The position numbers and the translations under genes are program-made. The notes below the pieces were generated by a model. The model was not told where the DNA came from. It did not search any database and saw only the letters and a list, made by a program, of their open reading frames with translations. This document shows, piece after piece, positions 30,625-40,250 of a DNA stretch of 64,000 nt (position 1 is the first letter of the stretch; each line of letters begins with the position of its first letter). Origin of the DNA: an uncultured Planctomycetota bacterium (GTDB lineage Bacteria > Planctomycetota > PUPC01); contig CAYLQD010000003.1 of NCBI GenBank assembly GCA_964385685.1, positions 30,361 to 94,360 of the forward strand, given 5' to 3'.

Positions 30625-31350
30625 CTAGCTGACGCGAGTGCCGACCTTGACGCCCAGGACGGCCTTCCGGATGTTACCACGTTTGCGCAGGTTGAAAACC
30701 AGAATGGGCAGCTCGCCCTCGATCGCCATGGTCAGCGCCGTCATGTCCATCACGCGCAGGTTGCGGTCCAGCGCCTCGCGGGCCTTGAGCGTCTTGAAGA
30801 GCTTGGCCTTCGGGTGCGTCATCGGGTCGGCGTCGTAGACGCCGTCGACCTTCGTCGCCTTGAGGAGCGCGCAGGCTTTGATCTCGCGCGCCCGCAGGAC
30901 GGCGGCGGTATCGGTCGAGAAGAACGGGTTGCCGGTTCCCGCGGCGAGGATGCAGACCTTCTTGTGCTCGAGGTGTGCGATGCAGCGGCGGCGGATATAG
31001 GGCTCGGCGACGTCGGCCATTCTGATCGCCGTCTGCACGCGGACCTCGAGCCCGAGCCGCTCGAGCGCGTCCTGGAGCGCGAGCGCGTTGATGACCGTGG
31101 CCAGCATGCCCATGTGGTCGCAGACGGCCCGCTGCAGCCCGGTCGCCGCGAGTTCGTGCCCGCGGCAGATGTTGCCGCCGCCGATGACGACGGCCAGCTC
31201 GACGCCCGTCTCGGCCGCGAGCTTGATCTCACTCGCGATCGACTTGACGGCGTCGGGCTCGATCCCCTGCCCGCCGTCGGCACAGAGGCTCTCGCCGCTG
31301 AGCTTCAGGACGACGCGCTTGAACGCGGGCTTGGGCCGCCGCTTGGCCAC
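30625..31350 (-). CDS. pyrH: UMP kinase
   Basis: RVVLKLSGESL, VIGGGNI, DHMGMLATVINAL, AGTGNPFFSTDTAA, KATKVDGVY. Confidence 0.97.
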   Translation of the reverse strand: MAKRRPKPAFKRVVLKLSGESLCADGGQGIEPDAVKSIASEIKLAAETGVELAVVIGGGNICRGHELAATGLQRAVCDHMGMLATVINALALQDALERLGLEVRVQTAIRMADVAEPYIRRRCIAHLEHKKVCILAAGTGNPFFSTDTAAVLRAREIKACALLKATKVDGVYDADPMTHPKAKLFKTLKAREALDRNLRVMDMTALTMAIEGELPILVFNLRKRGNIRKAVLGVKVGTRVS

Positions 31351-31351
31351 G

Positions 31352-31945
31352 CTACTCGCCCCCGACTGCGAACCGGGCAAACCGCTTGATGCTGATGTTC
31401 TCGCCCATCTTGTGGCGCAACTCATCGATCAGGCCGCCGATCGTCTGCTTCTCGTCCTTGACGAACGGCTGGTCGACGAGGCACACGCGCTTGAAGAAGT
31501 CCTTCAGCTTGCCCTCGAGAATCTTCTCGACGATGTTCTCGGGCTTGCCCTCGACCTGCTCGGCGTAGATGGCCTTCTCCTTGTCGATCATCTCCTGCGG
31601 CAGGGAGTCGCGGTCGAGCGCGAGGGGGTCGGCCCACGCGATGTGCATGCAGATCTCGCGCGCGACCCGCTGGAAGTCCTCGTTCTTCGCGACGAAGTCG
31701 GTCTCGGCCCGCATCTCGATCATCACGCCGACCTTGCCGTTGTTGTGGATGTAACACTGGATGCAGCCCTCGGCCGCCTCGCGGTCCGCGCGCTTCGCGG
31801 CCTTGATCGCGCCCTTCTTGCGGAGGACCTCGACGGCCTTGTCGACGTCGCCGCCCGCCTCGACCAGCGCCGACTTGCACTCCATCATTCCGATGTTCGT
31901 CATCTCTCTGAGCTGCTTCACCAGTGCCGCGGTGATCTCTGCCAT
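31352..31945 (-). CDS. tsf: Elongation factor Ts (short form)
   Basis: ITAALVKQLREMTNIGMMECKSAL, ETDFVAKN, ISIKRFARFAVG. Confidence 0.97.
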   Translation of the reverse strand: MAEITAALVKQLREMTNIGMMECKSALVEAGGDVDKAVEVLRKKGAIKAAKRADREAAEGCIQCYIHNNGKVGVMIEMRAETDFVAKNEDFQRVAREICMHIAWADPLALDRDSLPQEMIDKEKAIYAEQVEGKPENIVEKILEGKLKDFFKRVCLVDQPFVKDEKQTIGGLIDELRHKMGENISIKRFARFAVGGE

Positions 31946-31970
31946 GGTCCGTCTCCGTTGGGTCGTGTTA

Positions 31971-32217
31971 GACTATTGAGTTCCATGTTGATAATGGACA
32001 TGGCCAACGCGTTCCGGAGATTCTTCGCTGACGCTCAGAATGACATGTCTTGGACATGTCGCGCAGTTGCGGAGCAACTGCAAGCAACTGCCGCAACCGC
32101 TTCGCGGTTGCTTGCAGTTGCCGTCATCCTGAGCAAAGCGAAGCTTGCCCGCTGTCGAGGCGGGGACCTCTGTTGTTCCTCGGTTTTGTTCCATTCTCAA
32201 CATGAGCTTCAATGGTC
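31971..32217. mobile_element. MITE family A copy 1 (TIRs plus inner REP-like doublet)
   Basis: TIRs gactattgagttccatgttgataatgga and tccattctcaacatgagcttcaatggtc; inner gagattcttcgctgacgctcagaatgaca ... gtcatcctgagcaaagcgaag; lies between rpsB and tsf. Confidence 0.75.
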
Positions 32218-32249
32218 GCTTATCACAGGGGCTCCGCCGGGCGTTCGGC

Positions 32250-33170
32250 CTATGCGCCGGCCGGCTCGGCGGGGCCTTCTGTCTTGGGCTCAGGGTCAGG
32301 TTCGGGCGCGGGCGCGGCCGGTTCGGCGGCCGGTTGGGCGGCCGGTTCGGCGGCCGGCGCATCAGCCGGCGGCGGCTCGGCCGGCGGCTCCGGCTTCGCC
32401 TCGGGCGCGGGCTCCGCCACGGCCACGGCCTCCGGTGCAGCGGCAACCGGCTCCGGGGCGGCCTCCGCCTCCTCCGGCGTCACGGGCCGCTTCGCCTGCC
32501 CTTGCAGCACCGCGTCCACCAATGTGGAGCAGACGAGCTGGATGGACCGCATCGCGTCGTCGTTCCCCGGGATGACGATGTCGATGCCATCGGGATCCGA
32601 ATCGGTGTCCTGAAAGCAGATGGTCGGAATGTTGAGGCAGCGGGCCTCGCAGAGCGCGTTCTTCTCGCGCCGCGGATCAATGATGATCATCGCATCCGGA
32701 ACCCGCTTCATCTCGCGGATGCCCTGGAGGTTCTTCGTCAGCTTCGCGGTCTCGCGCCGCAGGACCGATGCGTACTTCTTGCCGCGAGCCTCGATCTCGC
32801 CCGTCTCGGCCATCTCTTCGAGTTCGATGAGCCGCTTGACCCGGCTCATCACGACGTTGAAGTTCGTGAGCGTGCCGCCGAGCCAGCGCTCGCAGACATA
32901 ATGCACCCCGCCACGTATCGCCTGCTCCGCAACGGCCGTCCGCGCCTGCTTCTTCGTGCCGACCAGGATGACCTGGCCGCCCTGCTCGCCGACACTCGAC
33001 AGGAACCGGGCCGCGCGGACCAGCCCGCGGACCGTCTCGCGCAGATCGACCACGTGGATCGAGTGGCGCTTCTTGTAGATGTACCGCTCCATCTTCGGGT
33101 TCCACCGGCTCGTATGGTGGCCGTAGTGGACACCCGCCTCCAGCAACTCGCGCATTGTTGCGACTGGCAA
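32250..33170 (-). CDS. rpsB: 30S ribosomal protein S2 with Ala/Pro/Glu-rich tail
   Basis: TTG start with GGAGG RBS; MRELLEAGVHYGH, RWNPKM, ILVGTKKQA, RWLGGTLTN, IPGNDDAMRSI. Confidence 0.97.
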   Translation of the reverse strand: MPVATMRELLEAGVHYGHHTSRWNPKMERYIYKKRHSIHVVDLRETVRGLVRAARFLSSVGEQGGQVILVGTKKQARTAVAEQAIRGGVHYVCERWLGGTLTNFNVVMSRVKRLIELEEMAETGEIEARGKKYASVLRRETAKLTKNLQGIREMKRVPDAMIIIDPRREKNALCEARCLNIPTICFQDTDSDPDGIDIVIPGNDDAMRSIQLVCSTLVDAVLQGQAKRPVTPEEAEAAPEPVAAAPEAVAVAEPAPEAKPEPPAEPPPADAPAAEPAAQPAAEPAAPAPEPDPEPKTEGPAEPAGA

Positions 33171-33306
33171 GAACACCTCCTCGTCGCCGTCGGCTCGCGC
33201 CCGTTCGGCATCTTTCAGGCAAGACGCCGCGCGTGCCCGGCGCAAAAACAGGACCCGTCGGCCGCGCGCCGCGCACCGCGGCGCACAGACGGCCATTGAA
33301 TCGGAG

Positions 33307-33334
33307 ATTATAGGCACTGTGGGCGATTTGTCAA
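33307..33334 (-). promoter_or_regulatory. Sigma70 promoter of rpsB-tsf-pyrH-frr
   Basis: TTGACA-N16-TATAAT on the minus strand. Confidence 0.75.
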
Positions 33335-33616
33335 GTTTTGCGCTTCCTCGCCGGTATTCTGAGTGCGGGGCGGCCCCGAGGCGAGGGACGCCGGGGCCCG
33401 CTAGTGTTCGCCCTGGTTGCCGGGGGTTTCGAGGACGGGACCGTAGGGCGCCCCTATTGACGGGCCGCGACAAAACCGGTCTGCCAGTCCCTGGCGTGAC
33501 TGGGGTGAAGCGTTGTCATGCCGGGTCATTTGCTTTGCGCAGGGTGTTCGCCTGCACGTGCAGGCGAACACCCTGCGCAAGAGAACTCGACCGCCAAAGG
33601 CCCCGGCCGCTCGCCC

Positions 33617-33940
33617 CTATCGGCGTTCGAGCTTGGCGAGATCACGACGGACCTGTTCGAGGTCCTCGAGCAGCGGGATAATGCGTTTCGTCAGTTCCCG
33701 CTGGAGTCGGTGCTCGGAGGAGCGCAGCGCGTAGTAGGTCTCACCTCCGTCTCGGCGGGTTGTGACGAGCCACGACTTGTGCAGGTAGCGCAGGTGCCTC
33801 GCGATCCGGCCCCGCGGCGCGCGGATGATGTCGGCCAGCTCCGTCCCCGTCATCTCCCGGTGGCGGAGCAGGGTGACGATGCGCAGGCGAGTCCGATCCG
33901 CCAGGGCCTTGAACAGTTGCGCGGCTGTGATCAGCTTCAC
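33617..33940 (-). CDS. ArsR/SmtB family transcriptional regulator
   Basis: FKALADRTRLRIVTLL...ARHLRYLHKSWLVTTRRDG..TYYAL. Confidence 0.85.
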   Translation of the reverse strand: MKLITAAQLFKALADRTRLRIVTLLRHREMTGTELADIIRAPRGRIARHLRYLHKSWLVTTRRDGGETYYALRSSEHRLQRELTKRIIPLLEDLEQVRRDLAKLERR

Positions 33941-34425
33941 CGCGCCCCCTGCGTTGGGCCACGGCCTGGGTCTCCGCCCCCACTGGCGGCCCAACACCCT
34001 ACCCCCGTCATCTTACGCTTCACGGTGGGCGGGCGCAAGAGGCTGCAACTGAGGATAGCCCCTTTTCACTCAAAAACCCAGAGGGTAGTGCGGTAATCAC
34101 CCGAGTTTAGAATATCAACTCCCACTGAGGGAGTGAATACCCCGAACACGCGGAATGTCGGCGCCGACGACTGATACGGCCCCGGAAACCCTCCCCGTCG
34201 TTGTCCGGTCTTCGCCCGAGGCCCGCCTCGGCGGACAAATTCCAGCGGGCGGGCCTCGTCCTCGAACCAACCCGCGACGAGGGCGAGAACGAGGGAGACG
34301 CGGGCATTCCCTGCTATTCGACTACCCCCTGATTTGAGTATCTACTCCCTTGCACCTCATCGGCGGTTGAGCGCCGGGCACGCGGCCGGTAAAATGGGCG
34401 GTTCCTTTCGCACGCGAGGCGACCG

Positions 34426-36618
34426 ATGCCGGGCACGCTCGACAACCTGACCGACAGCCAGCGGGAGGCGGTCGCCCATGGCGAGGGGCCGCTGCTCGTC
34501 GTCGCCGGCGCCGGCAGCGGGAAGACGCGCGTCATCACGCGGCGAGTCGCCCACCTCGCGGCCAATGGCGTGCCGCCCTATCGCATCCTCGCCATCACCT
34601 TCACGAACAAGGCGGCCGACGAGATGAAGCGCCGTGTCGAGCAACTGACCGGCGCCCACGGCCGGTGGATCTCGACGTTCCACTCGATGTGCGCCCGCAT
34701 GCTGCGCCAGTTCAACGACCTGCTCGGCTTCGACCACCCGTTCACCATCTACGACCGCAAGGACACGATCGCGTGCATCAAGTCCGCTCTCGTCGAGCTG
34801 GGCCTGACGGGCGCGGGCGTCACGCCCACGACGTTCGTCTCCACCATCAGCCGCGCGAAGAACGACATGCTCACACCCGAAGCGTTCGCCGAACAAGCGA
34901 GGCGCCCGCGCGACCGCCAGGCCGCACACGTCTACCGCGTCTACGAACGGCTCTGCCGGCAGAACAACGCCCTCGATTTCGACGACCTCCTCCTCCGGAC
35001 GGCGCAGTTGCTCGAGACCGACGAGGGGTTTCGCCGCACCTGGCAGACCCGGTTCGACCACGTGCTCATCGACGAGTTTCAGGACACGAACCGCCCGCAG
35101 TACGTGATCGCGAGCCAACTGGCCGCCGGACACCGCAACATCTGCGCGACCGGCGACCCCGACCAGTCGATCTACGCCTGGCGGGGCGCCGACATCCGCA
35201 ACATCCTCGACTTCGGCAAGGACTATCCCGACGCGCGGACCGTCAAGCTCGAAGAGAACTTCCGCTCGACGAAAATGATCCTCCGCGCGGCCGCCGGCGT
35301 GATCGAGCGCAACACCGCCCGCATCGCGCGCGGCCTGTGGACGCAGAACGCCGAGGGCCCGCCCGTCCGCGTCGTCGGCTCGACCACCGACATCGACGAG
35401 GCCGACGCGATCGTCGACGGCATCCGCGCGAGCGCCGACGAGGGGTTCGGCCACGGCGACATGGCCGTCTTCTACCGCACGCACGCGCAGTCGCGGACGA
35501 TCGAGGAGTCGCTCCGCGACGCCGGCGTGCCCTACGCGATCCTCGACGCCGTCGAGTTTTACAACCGCAAGGAGATCAAGGACGTCGTCGCGTACCTGAA
35601 GCTGATCATCAATCCGTCCGACGGCGTGAGCTTGCTGCGGGTCATCAACGAGCCGCGGCGCGGGATCGGCACGCGCACGGTCGGCCGGCTGGGGGCGTGG
35701 GCGGCGGAGCGCGGGGTCGGCGTGGCCGATGCGATTGCGTCGGCGGGCGACGTGCCGGACCTGTCGCCCCGGGCGGCCGCGAAGGTCGAGGCGTTCGGGG
35801 CGGTGATCGCGCGGCTGCGCGAGCTGCCGCGGTCGCCCGTCGCGGACCTTGTCCGCTCCGTCTTGGCGGAGACCGAATACCTGGCGCGGCTCAAGAAATC
35901 GGAGTCGGACGAGGACGCCGCCCGCGCGGAGAACGTGGAGGAGCTGGTCAACGCCGCGGCCGAGTTCGACCTCGACTATCCCGGCGCGGGGCTCGAGATC
36001 TTCCTCGAACGGGTGACCCTCGTCGCCGACAGCGATGCGATGACGGATGAGGGCGGCCGCGTGCTGCTGATGACGCTCCACTCGGCGAAGGGGCTCGAGT
36101 TCCCCGTCGTCTTCATCGCCGGCGTGCAGGAGGGCCTGCTGCCGCACATCAACTCGCTCGGCTCGAAGCCGCGGGTCGAGGAGGAGCGACGCCTCTGCTA
36201 CGTCGGGATAACGCGGGCCAAGCAGAAGCTGCTGCTCCACTGGGCGGCCGAACGGTTCACGTACGGCCAGCTCGGGCACGCGAGCCCCTCGCGGTTCATC
36301 CGCGAGATTCCCGCCGACGCCGTCGAGCGCGTCGGGGGCGGGATCGGCCTCTTTGCCGGGATCGAGACCGCACGGCGGGCCCCGAGGCAGAAGCCGGCCG
36401 CGCCGAAGGGCGAACGCGTCATCGAGTACGACGAAGACGTCGTGGACTACGACGAATCTGGGCTGAGCCCGGGCGACCGCGTCAGACACGAGACGTTCGG
36501 GACCGGGCAAGTCGTGTCGCTCTCGGGCACGGGCGACCGCGCGACCGTCATCGTCGACTTCCGGGGCAAGCGCCGCCACCTGGTTCTCGGGTTCGCCAAG
36601 CTCACCAAGGTCGGCTAG
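34426..36618 (+). CDS. pcrA: UvrD/PcrA ATP-dependent DNA helicase
   Basis: AGAGSGKT, TFTNKAADEM, IDEFQDTN, GDPDQSIYAWRGA, LEENFRST, MTLHSAKGLEF, EERRLCYVGITRA, C-terminal Tudor-like domain. Confidence 0.95.
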   Translation: MPGTLDNLTDSQREAVAHGEGPLLVVAGAGSGKTRVITRRVAHLAANGVPPYRILAITFTNKAADEMKRRVEQLTGAHGRWISTFHSMCARMLRQFNDLLGFDHPFTIYDRKDTIACIKSALVELGLTGAGVTPTTFVSTISRAKNDMLTPEAFAEQARRPRDRQAAHVYRVYERLCRQNNALDFDDLLLRTAQLLETDEGFRRTWQTRFDHVLIDEFQDTNRPQYVIASQLAAGHRNICATGDPDQSIYAWRGADIRNILDFGKDYPDARTVKLEENFRSTKMILRAAAGVIERNTARIARGLWTQNAEGPPVRVVGSTTDIDEADAIVDGIRASADEGFGHGDMAVFYRTHAQSRTIEESLRDAGVPYAILDAVEFYNRKEIKDVVAYLKLIINPSDGVSLLRVINEPRRGIGTRTVGRLGAWAAERGVGVADAIASAGDVPDLSPRAAAKVEAFGAVIARLRELPRSPVADLVRSVLAETEYLARLKKSESDEDAARAENVEELVNAAAEFDLDYPGAGLEIFLERVTLVADSDAMTDEGGRVLLMTLHSAKGLEFPVVFIAGVQEGLLPHINSLGSKPRVEEERRLCYVGITRAKQKLLLHWAAERFTYGQLGHASPSRFIREIPADAVERVGGGIGLFAGIETARRAPRQKPAAPKGERVIEYDEDVVDYDESGLSPGDRVRHETFGTGQVVSLSGTGDRATVIVDFRGKRRHLVLGFAKLTKVG

Positions 36619-36687
36619 CCGGTCGTCTTGCGTCGCCGGCGACTGGGGCATATGATCAGATTGGGACTGCTCAAGAAGTGGCTTCTC

Positions 36688-36765
36688 GAGCCTGAAAGGC
36701 TCAGATTCACCAGCCCAGGGCGAAGCCCTGGGAGAGTGCGGGTGAGACAGGAAAGCGCTGAAAGG
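36688..36765. repeat. REP-like palindromes of the cctgaaagg / agcccagggcgaagccctggg type
   Basis: gagcctgaaaggctc hairpin, cccagggcgaagccctggg hairpin, gcgctgaaagg. Confidence 0.55.
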
Positions 36766-36962
36766 ACGTCGGCTTCTTCGCGACGATGAGCGCTCTGGGC
36801 GGCGGCCGGGCGATGCCGCGGCTGGCCGACGCGTGCGGCAAGGAACCGGTCGCCACGGTCGCCCTGCAGGCCTCGCAGGTCACGCGCGGCGCCCACGCCA
36901 AGCACATCGCCGCGTTCGCCCGGGAGCTGCGGGGGCCGCGGGAGCAGTCAGACGCCGAGTGA
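36762..36962 (+). pseudogene. Probable C-terminal half of a flavodoxin-like protein
   Basis: Frame reads KDVGFFATMSALGGGRAMPRLADACGKEPVATVALQASQVTRGAHAKHIAAFARELRG...*, starting right after a TGA inside the REP element. Resemblance judged by eye only. Confidence 0.4.
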
Positions 36963-37037
36963 TTCCGCCCGTTCGATTTGCACCGCCGCCCTCTTCGCGC
37001 CTAGAATTAGGTGGGTGAGGGCCCGTCGGAGGGGATC

Positions 37038-38021
37038 ATGTCCGCCAAGGCTGCGAAGTGGATTGTGCTCGGCCTCGCCGTCGGCCTGATAGCGGCCGCG
37101 CTCGCGTGGATCGCGCCGCTCATGGCGCCGATCAAGCAGGGTTCCGCGGCCGAGTTCTGGAAGTCCGCGGCCGGCATTGACCTTGATCCCCAATTCTCTG
37201 ACAGACACGGGGCCGTGTATCCACCCCGAGACGACCGGCATGTATACTGGTCCTATCGTTGGGGCACCTTTGCCATCCATGGTGACGACTATCGGCAGGT
37301 GACCGATGCTGATGTCGAGGCGGCTTTGCCCGAGGTGATCCGACGCCTCGAGGCGGCCAGAGAGGACGAGTTGCGCCCCTCCGTGCTCGCCGGATATCAG
37401 GCGTGGGCCGCCTCCCCAGACAAAGGGCAAACGGGAACAGCAGGCCTCCTCGCGCAGATTCGGCTTGCGGAGTTGGCCGAACGCTTGGAAGAAGACAACG
37501 ATCGTTACATGTACAAGCTGGTCGATGAGGCGTGTGTTGCAGAGGTACAACAGCGCGCGAGCCGATACCATGTCAACATCATCTTCGAGTTCTGCCACCT
37601 GAGCGTGGTGGTCTTCTTCGCCGCCTGGCCCTGGCTGTGGAAAAAGGGACGTTGGGCTTGGACAATCCATGCCGCTCTGGCGCCGCCCCTCTTCCACCTT
37701 CCCTACTTCCTGGGGTATTGCCCGCTGGCAATGACCTCGGCGGGGCCGGTCGGCGGGGCGCTGTATCCGCTCCTTCTTGTGATGTCGAGCGGCCGAGGGG
37801 GCGGCATGGGCTTCGACGCCCTCGTCTATGAGCATCTACCCTATCTCCTGGAACCGATCTCACAGACGCCCGGCCCCATGATCGCCATCACCGGCGGGGC
37901 GGTCAGCCCGACCGCGAGCCTGGGTTCCGGCCTCGCGCTCGGAATCGTCACGTTCGCGGCTTGCACGGCGCTGTCATGCTGGCGGAGGAGAAAGGCGCTC
38001 CGGTCGAAGGCGACCCGTTAG
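37038..38021 (+). CDS. Hypothetical integral membrane protein
   Basis: GGAGGG RBS, N-terminal TM, soluble domain, several C-terminal TMs; preceded by a TTGCAC-N18-TAGAAT-like promoter. Confidence 0.65.
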   Translation: MSAKAAKWIVLGLAVGLIAAALAWIAPLMAPIKQGSAAEFWKSAAGIDLDPQFSDRHGAVYPPRDDRHVYWSYRWGTFAIHGDDYRQVTDADVEAALPEVIRRLEAAREDELRPSVLAGYQAWAASPDKGQTGTAGLLAQIRLAELAERLEEDNDRYMYKLVDEACVAEVQQRASRYHVNIIFEFCHLSVVVFFAAWPWLWKKGRWAWTIHAALAPPLFHLPYFLGYCPLAMTSAGPVGGALYPLLLVMSSGRGGGMGFDALVYEHLPYLLEPISQTPGPMIAITGGAVSPTASLGSGLALGIVTFAACTALSCWRRRKALRSKATR

Positions 38022-38027
38022 GCAACG

Positions 38028-38711
38028 CTACGACTTGTCGTGCGTGACGCGGCCGTCGCCGGTGATGTCGATCCTCGGGCCGAGATACTTCGGCTGCGGG
38101 CGCGTGACGTTGACCTGGACCCACGCGAGGGTGCGGGCGAGAAACTCGCGGCAATCGTTGTAGACCCGGCCGCGATAGACGCGCGCGTCCGACGCGAGCC
38201 CGACGACGTCGAGCCCGAGCCGCCGGCCGGTGTAGATCGCGCGGGGCAGGTGAAACTCGTTGGTGACGAGGACCGCGGCCCGCACGCCGAACACGTCGCG
38301 GGCGCGGTAGAGGGTCGCATAGGTCCGAAAGCCGGCGTGATCGAGGAAGAGGTCCTCAGGCCGGACGCCCCGTCGCTCGGCGTACTCCCGCATGGCGTTC
38401 ACTTCGTCGTACGCTTTGCGGCCGTGGTCGCCGGACAGGATCAGCTTGCCGACCTTGCCGGACCGGTAGAGTTCGATGCCCGCGTCGAGCCGGTCTTCGA
38501 GAATGTGCGACGGCCGGCTCCCCCAGACCCTGGCGCCGAAGACAATGGCCACCGGCTTCCGGGGCACGGGCTCGGCGGTGCGGAAGATCGAGTCGCTCGC
38601 GCTCCGGCGGATGGCGACATTGGCGAGGATGCCGACGCCGGCCGCGCCGACGAGGCACACGAGAGCAGACACGGCGGATGCGAGGACGATGCGTTTGACG
38701 CGACGGGGCAT
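38028..38711 (-). CDS. SanA/YdcF (DUF218) family protein
   Basis: AIVFGARV, LEDRL, LILSGD..YDEVNAM, DHAGFRTY, VTNEFHLPRA, REFLAR. Confidence 0.9.
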   Translation of the reverse strand: MPRRVKRIVLASAVSALVCLVGAAGVGILANVAIRRSASDSIFRTAEPVPRKPVAIVFGARVWGSRPSHILEDRLDAGIELYRSGKVGKLILSGDHGRKAYDEVNAMREYAERRGVRPEDLFLDHAGFRTYATLYRARDVFGVRAAVLVTNEFHLPRAIYTGRRLGLDVVGLASDARVYRGRVYNDCREFLARTLAWVQVNVTRPQPKYLGPRIDITGDGRVTHDKS

Positions 38712-38788
38712 GGCGGTCTCCCGAGCGAGGCCGGGACTCCCGCCGCAAAGGGTGGTGGGTGGTTCCGTGTTATGCCGCAGCTACGGGC

Positions 38789-40069
38789 TCAGCGGTCGAG
38801 GAACCTGTTGAGTTCGCCTTCGGGAATCTCGACGACCTTGAGTTCCCGAGCCCGCTTGACGAAGTTCCCCTCTTGCGCGCCGACGATCAGATAGTCGGTG
38901 CGCACCGTCACTTCATCCTCGAGGACGCTGCCGTGCTCGGCCAGCGCTTCGCGGAATGCCTGCTTCTTGGCGTCGTCGAACACGTCGTCGGCGACGAACA
39001 CCTTGGCCCGGCCGGGGTCGAACGCGACATTGGTGATGATGTCGTTCACATAGACCACTTCGGTCGGGTCGCCGCCGCCGACCAGAATGCCCCGGCTGAT
39101 GTCGTCGCGGACGGTCTTGATCTCGATCTCGCCGCGCTTCAGGCGGGTGCCATCGCCCTTCGGGAGGTACACGTCGAACCGCAGGCCCCGGCGCACGCCC
39201 TCCTTCGTGCCGATATTGATCATGATGCCGGAATCTCGGGTGACCAGGATGACCTTGCCGTCCGCCGGCTCGTTGGCCGGATCGAAAGTCTCCCGCGCCG
39301 CCGCGGTGCCGCCACGCTCTTGCTGGTACCTGGCGAGCCGCGCGCGCAAGTCGGCCACCTCGGCCTCGAGGATCCGGATGCGCTCGAGCCGAACGGCTTC
39401 GTTGTCCTCCGCCGTCTTCTGCTGCTCGGCGATCGTCCTCTTGAACGCGGCGACCTCCTGCCGGTGGAGCGCGCGATCTTCCGCCAGGGTGTCGTTGAGC
39501 TTCGTGATCTCCCCGGCGCGGTCCTTGACGATCTCTTCCTGCTGAGCGAGGTCCTTCTCGAGACCGTCGACTCGCATCTGGAGCTCGGTCTCACGTTTCT
39601 CACGCTCGGCGACGGCGTCGCGGACCTTGTCCTCGAGGCTCAACTTCTCCTTCTCGACGAGGGCCAGCAGATCGACGAGGGTCGCGGACGCGACGGTCAC
39701 CTCGCCCTTGCCGTCGAGGGTCTCTTTGACCCGCGTGCGCAGCGCGGCCATTGTGTCGTCGAGCTTGGATGCGGGAATGTCGGACGTGTGGCTGACCCCG
39801 GTGCGATCCACGAATGCCAGGAGGAGGTCCTCCTTCTCACGAACCCGCTGCTTCTCGTCCTGGAGCGCCCGCATCAAGCCCTTGCCGTTCACGCCGTCGA
39901 TCTCCTTGACGACCGATGCGTCGCGCCCGGTCGGGAGGAAGCCCGCGTTGATCTGTCGCCGAGCCTCGGTCAGTTCGATCGCGACAAGCACGAACCCGAC
40001 GGCCGCGAATACAAAGAGAACGACGAAGATGATCAAGGGGACAGGATTGCTGCGTCCTTGGGGAGCCAT
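38789..40069 (-). CDS. Membrane-anchored coiled-coil protein with beta-barrel and C-terminal BRCT-like domain
   Basis: N-terminal TM, long heptad region, INIGTKEGVRRGLRFDVY, and EVTVRTDYLIVG...KRARELKVVEIPEGEL (BRCT-like). Confidence 0.6.
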   Translation of the reverse strand: MAPQGRSNPVPLIIFVVLFVFAAVGFVLVAIELTEARRQINAGFLPTGRDASVVKEIDGVNGKGLMRALQDEKQRVREKEDLLLAFVDRTGVSHTSDIPASKLDDTMAALRTRVKETLDGKGEVTVASATLVDLLALVEKEKLSLEDKVRDAVAEREKRETELQMRVDGLEKDLAQQEEIVKDRAGEITKLNDTLAEDRALHRQEVAAFKRTIAEQQKTAEDNEAVRLERIRILEAEVADLRARLARYQQERGGTAAARETFDPANEPADGKVILVTRDSGIMINIGTKEGVRRGLRFDVYLPKGDGTRLKRGEIEIKTVRDDISRGILVGGGDPTEVVYVNDIITNVAFDPGRAKVFVADDVFDDAKKQAFREALAEHGSVLEDEVTVRTDYLIVGAQEGNFVKRARELKVVEIPEGELNRFLDR

Positions 40070-40250
40070 GCTTTGCCTCCAGTCGCTTGAGAGTACCCCT
40101 TAATAATAGCTCAAGCGGCTGCAAAGTCAACGACGGAATCGCGCGATTTGTCGGGGCGTTCGTCGGGGCCGTGCCGGGGCCCGTTTGGCCCCGTCGAGCC
40201 AAATGCGCATTGACCGGGCGGCGCCCGCCCCCGTATACTGTCTGCCCCGA

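Noticed and set aside
32250-32500. Repetitive DNA at the end of rpsB
   Set aside because: It encodes the ordinary Ala/Pro/Glu-rich low-complexity S2 tail rather than a separate element.
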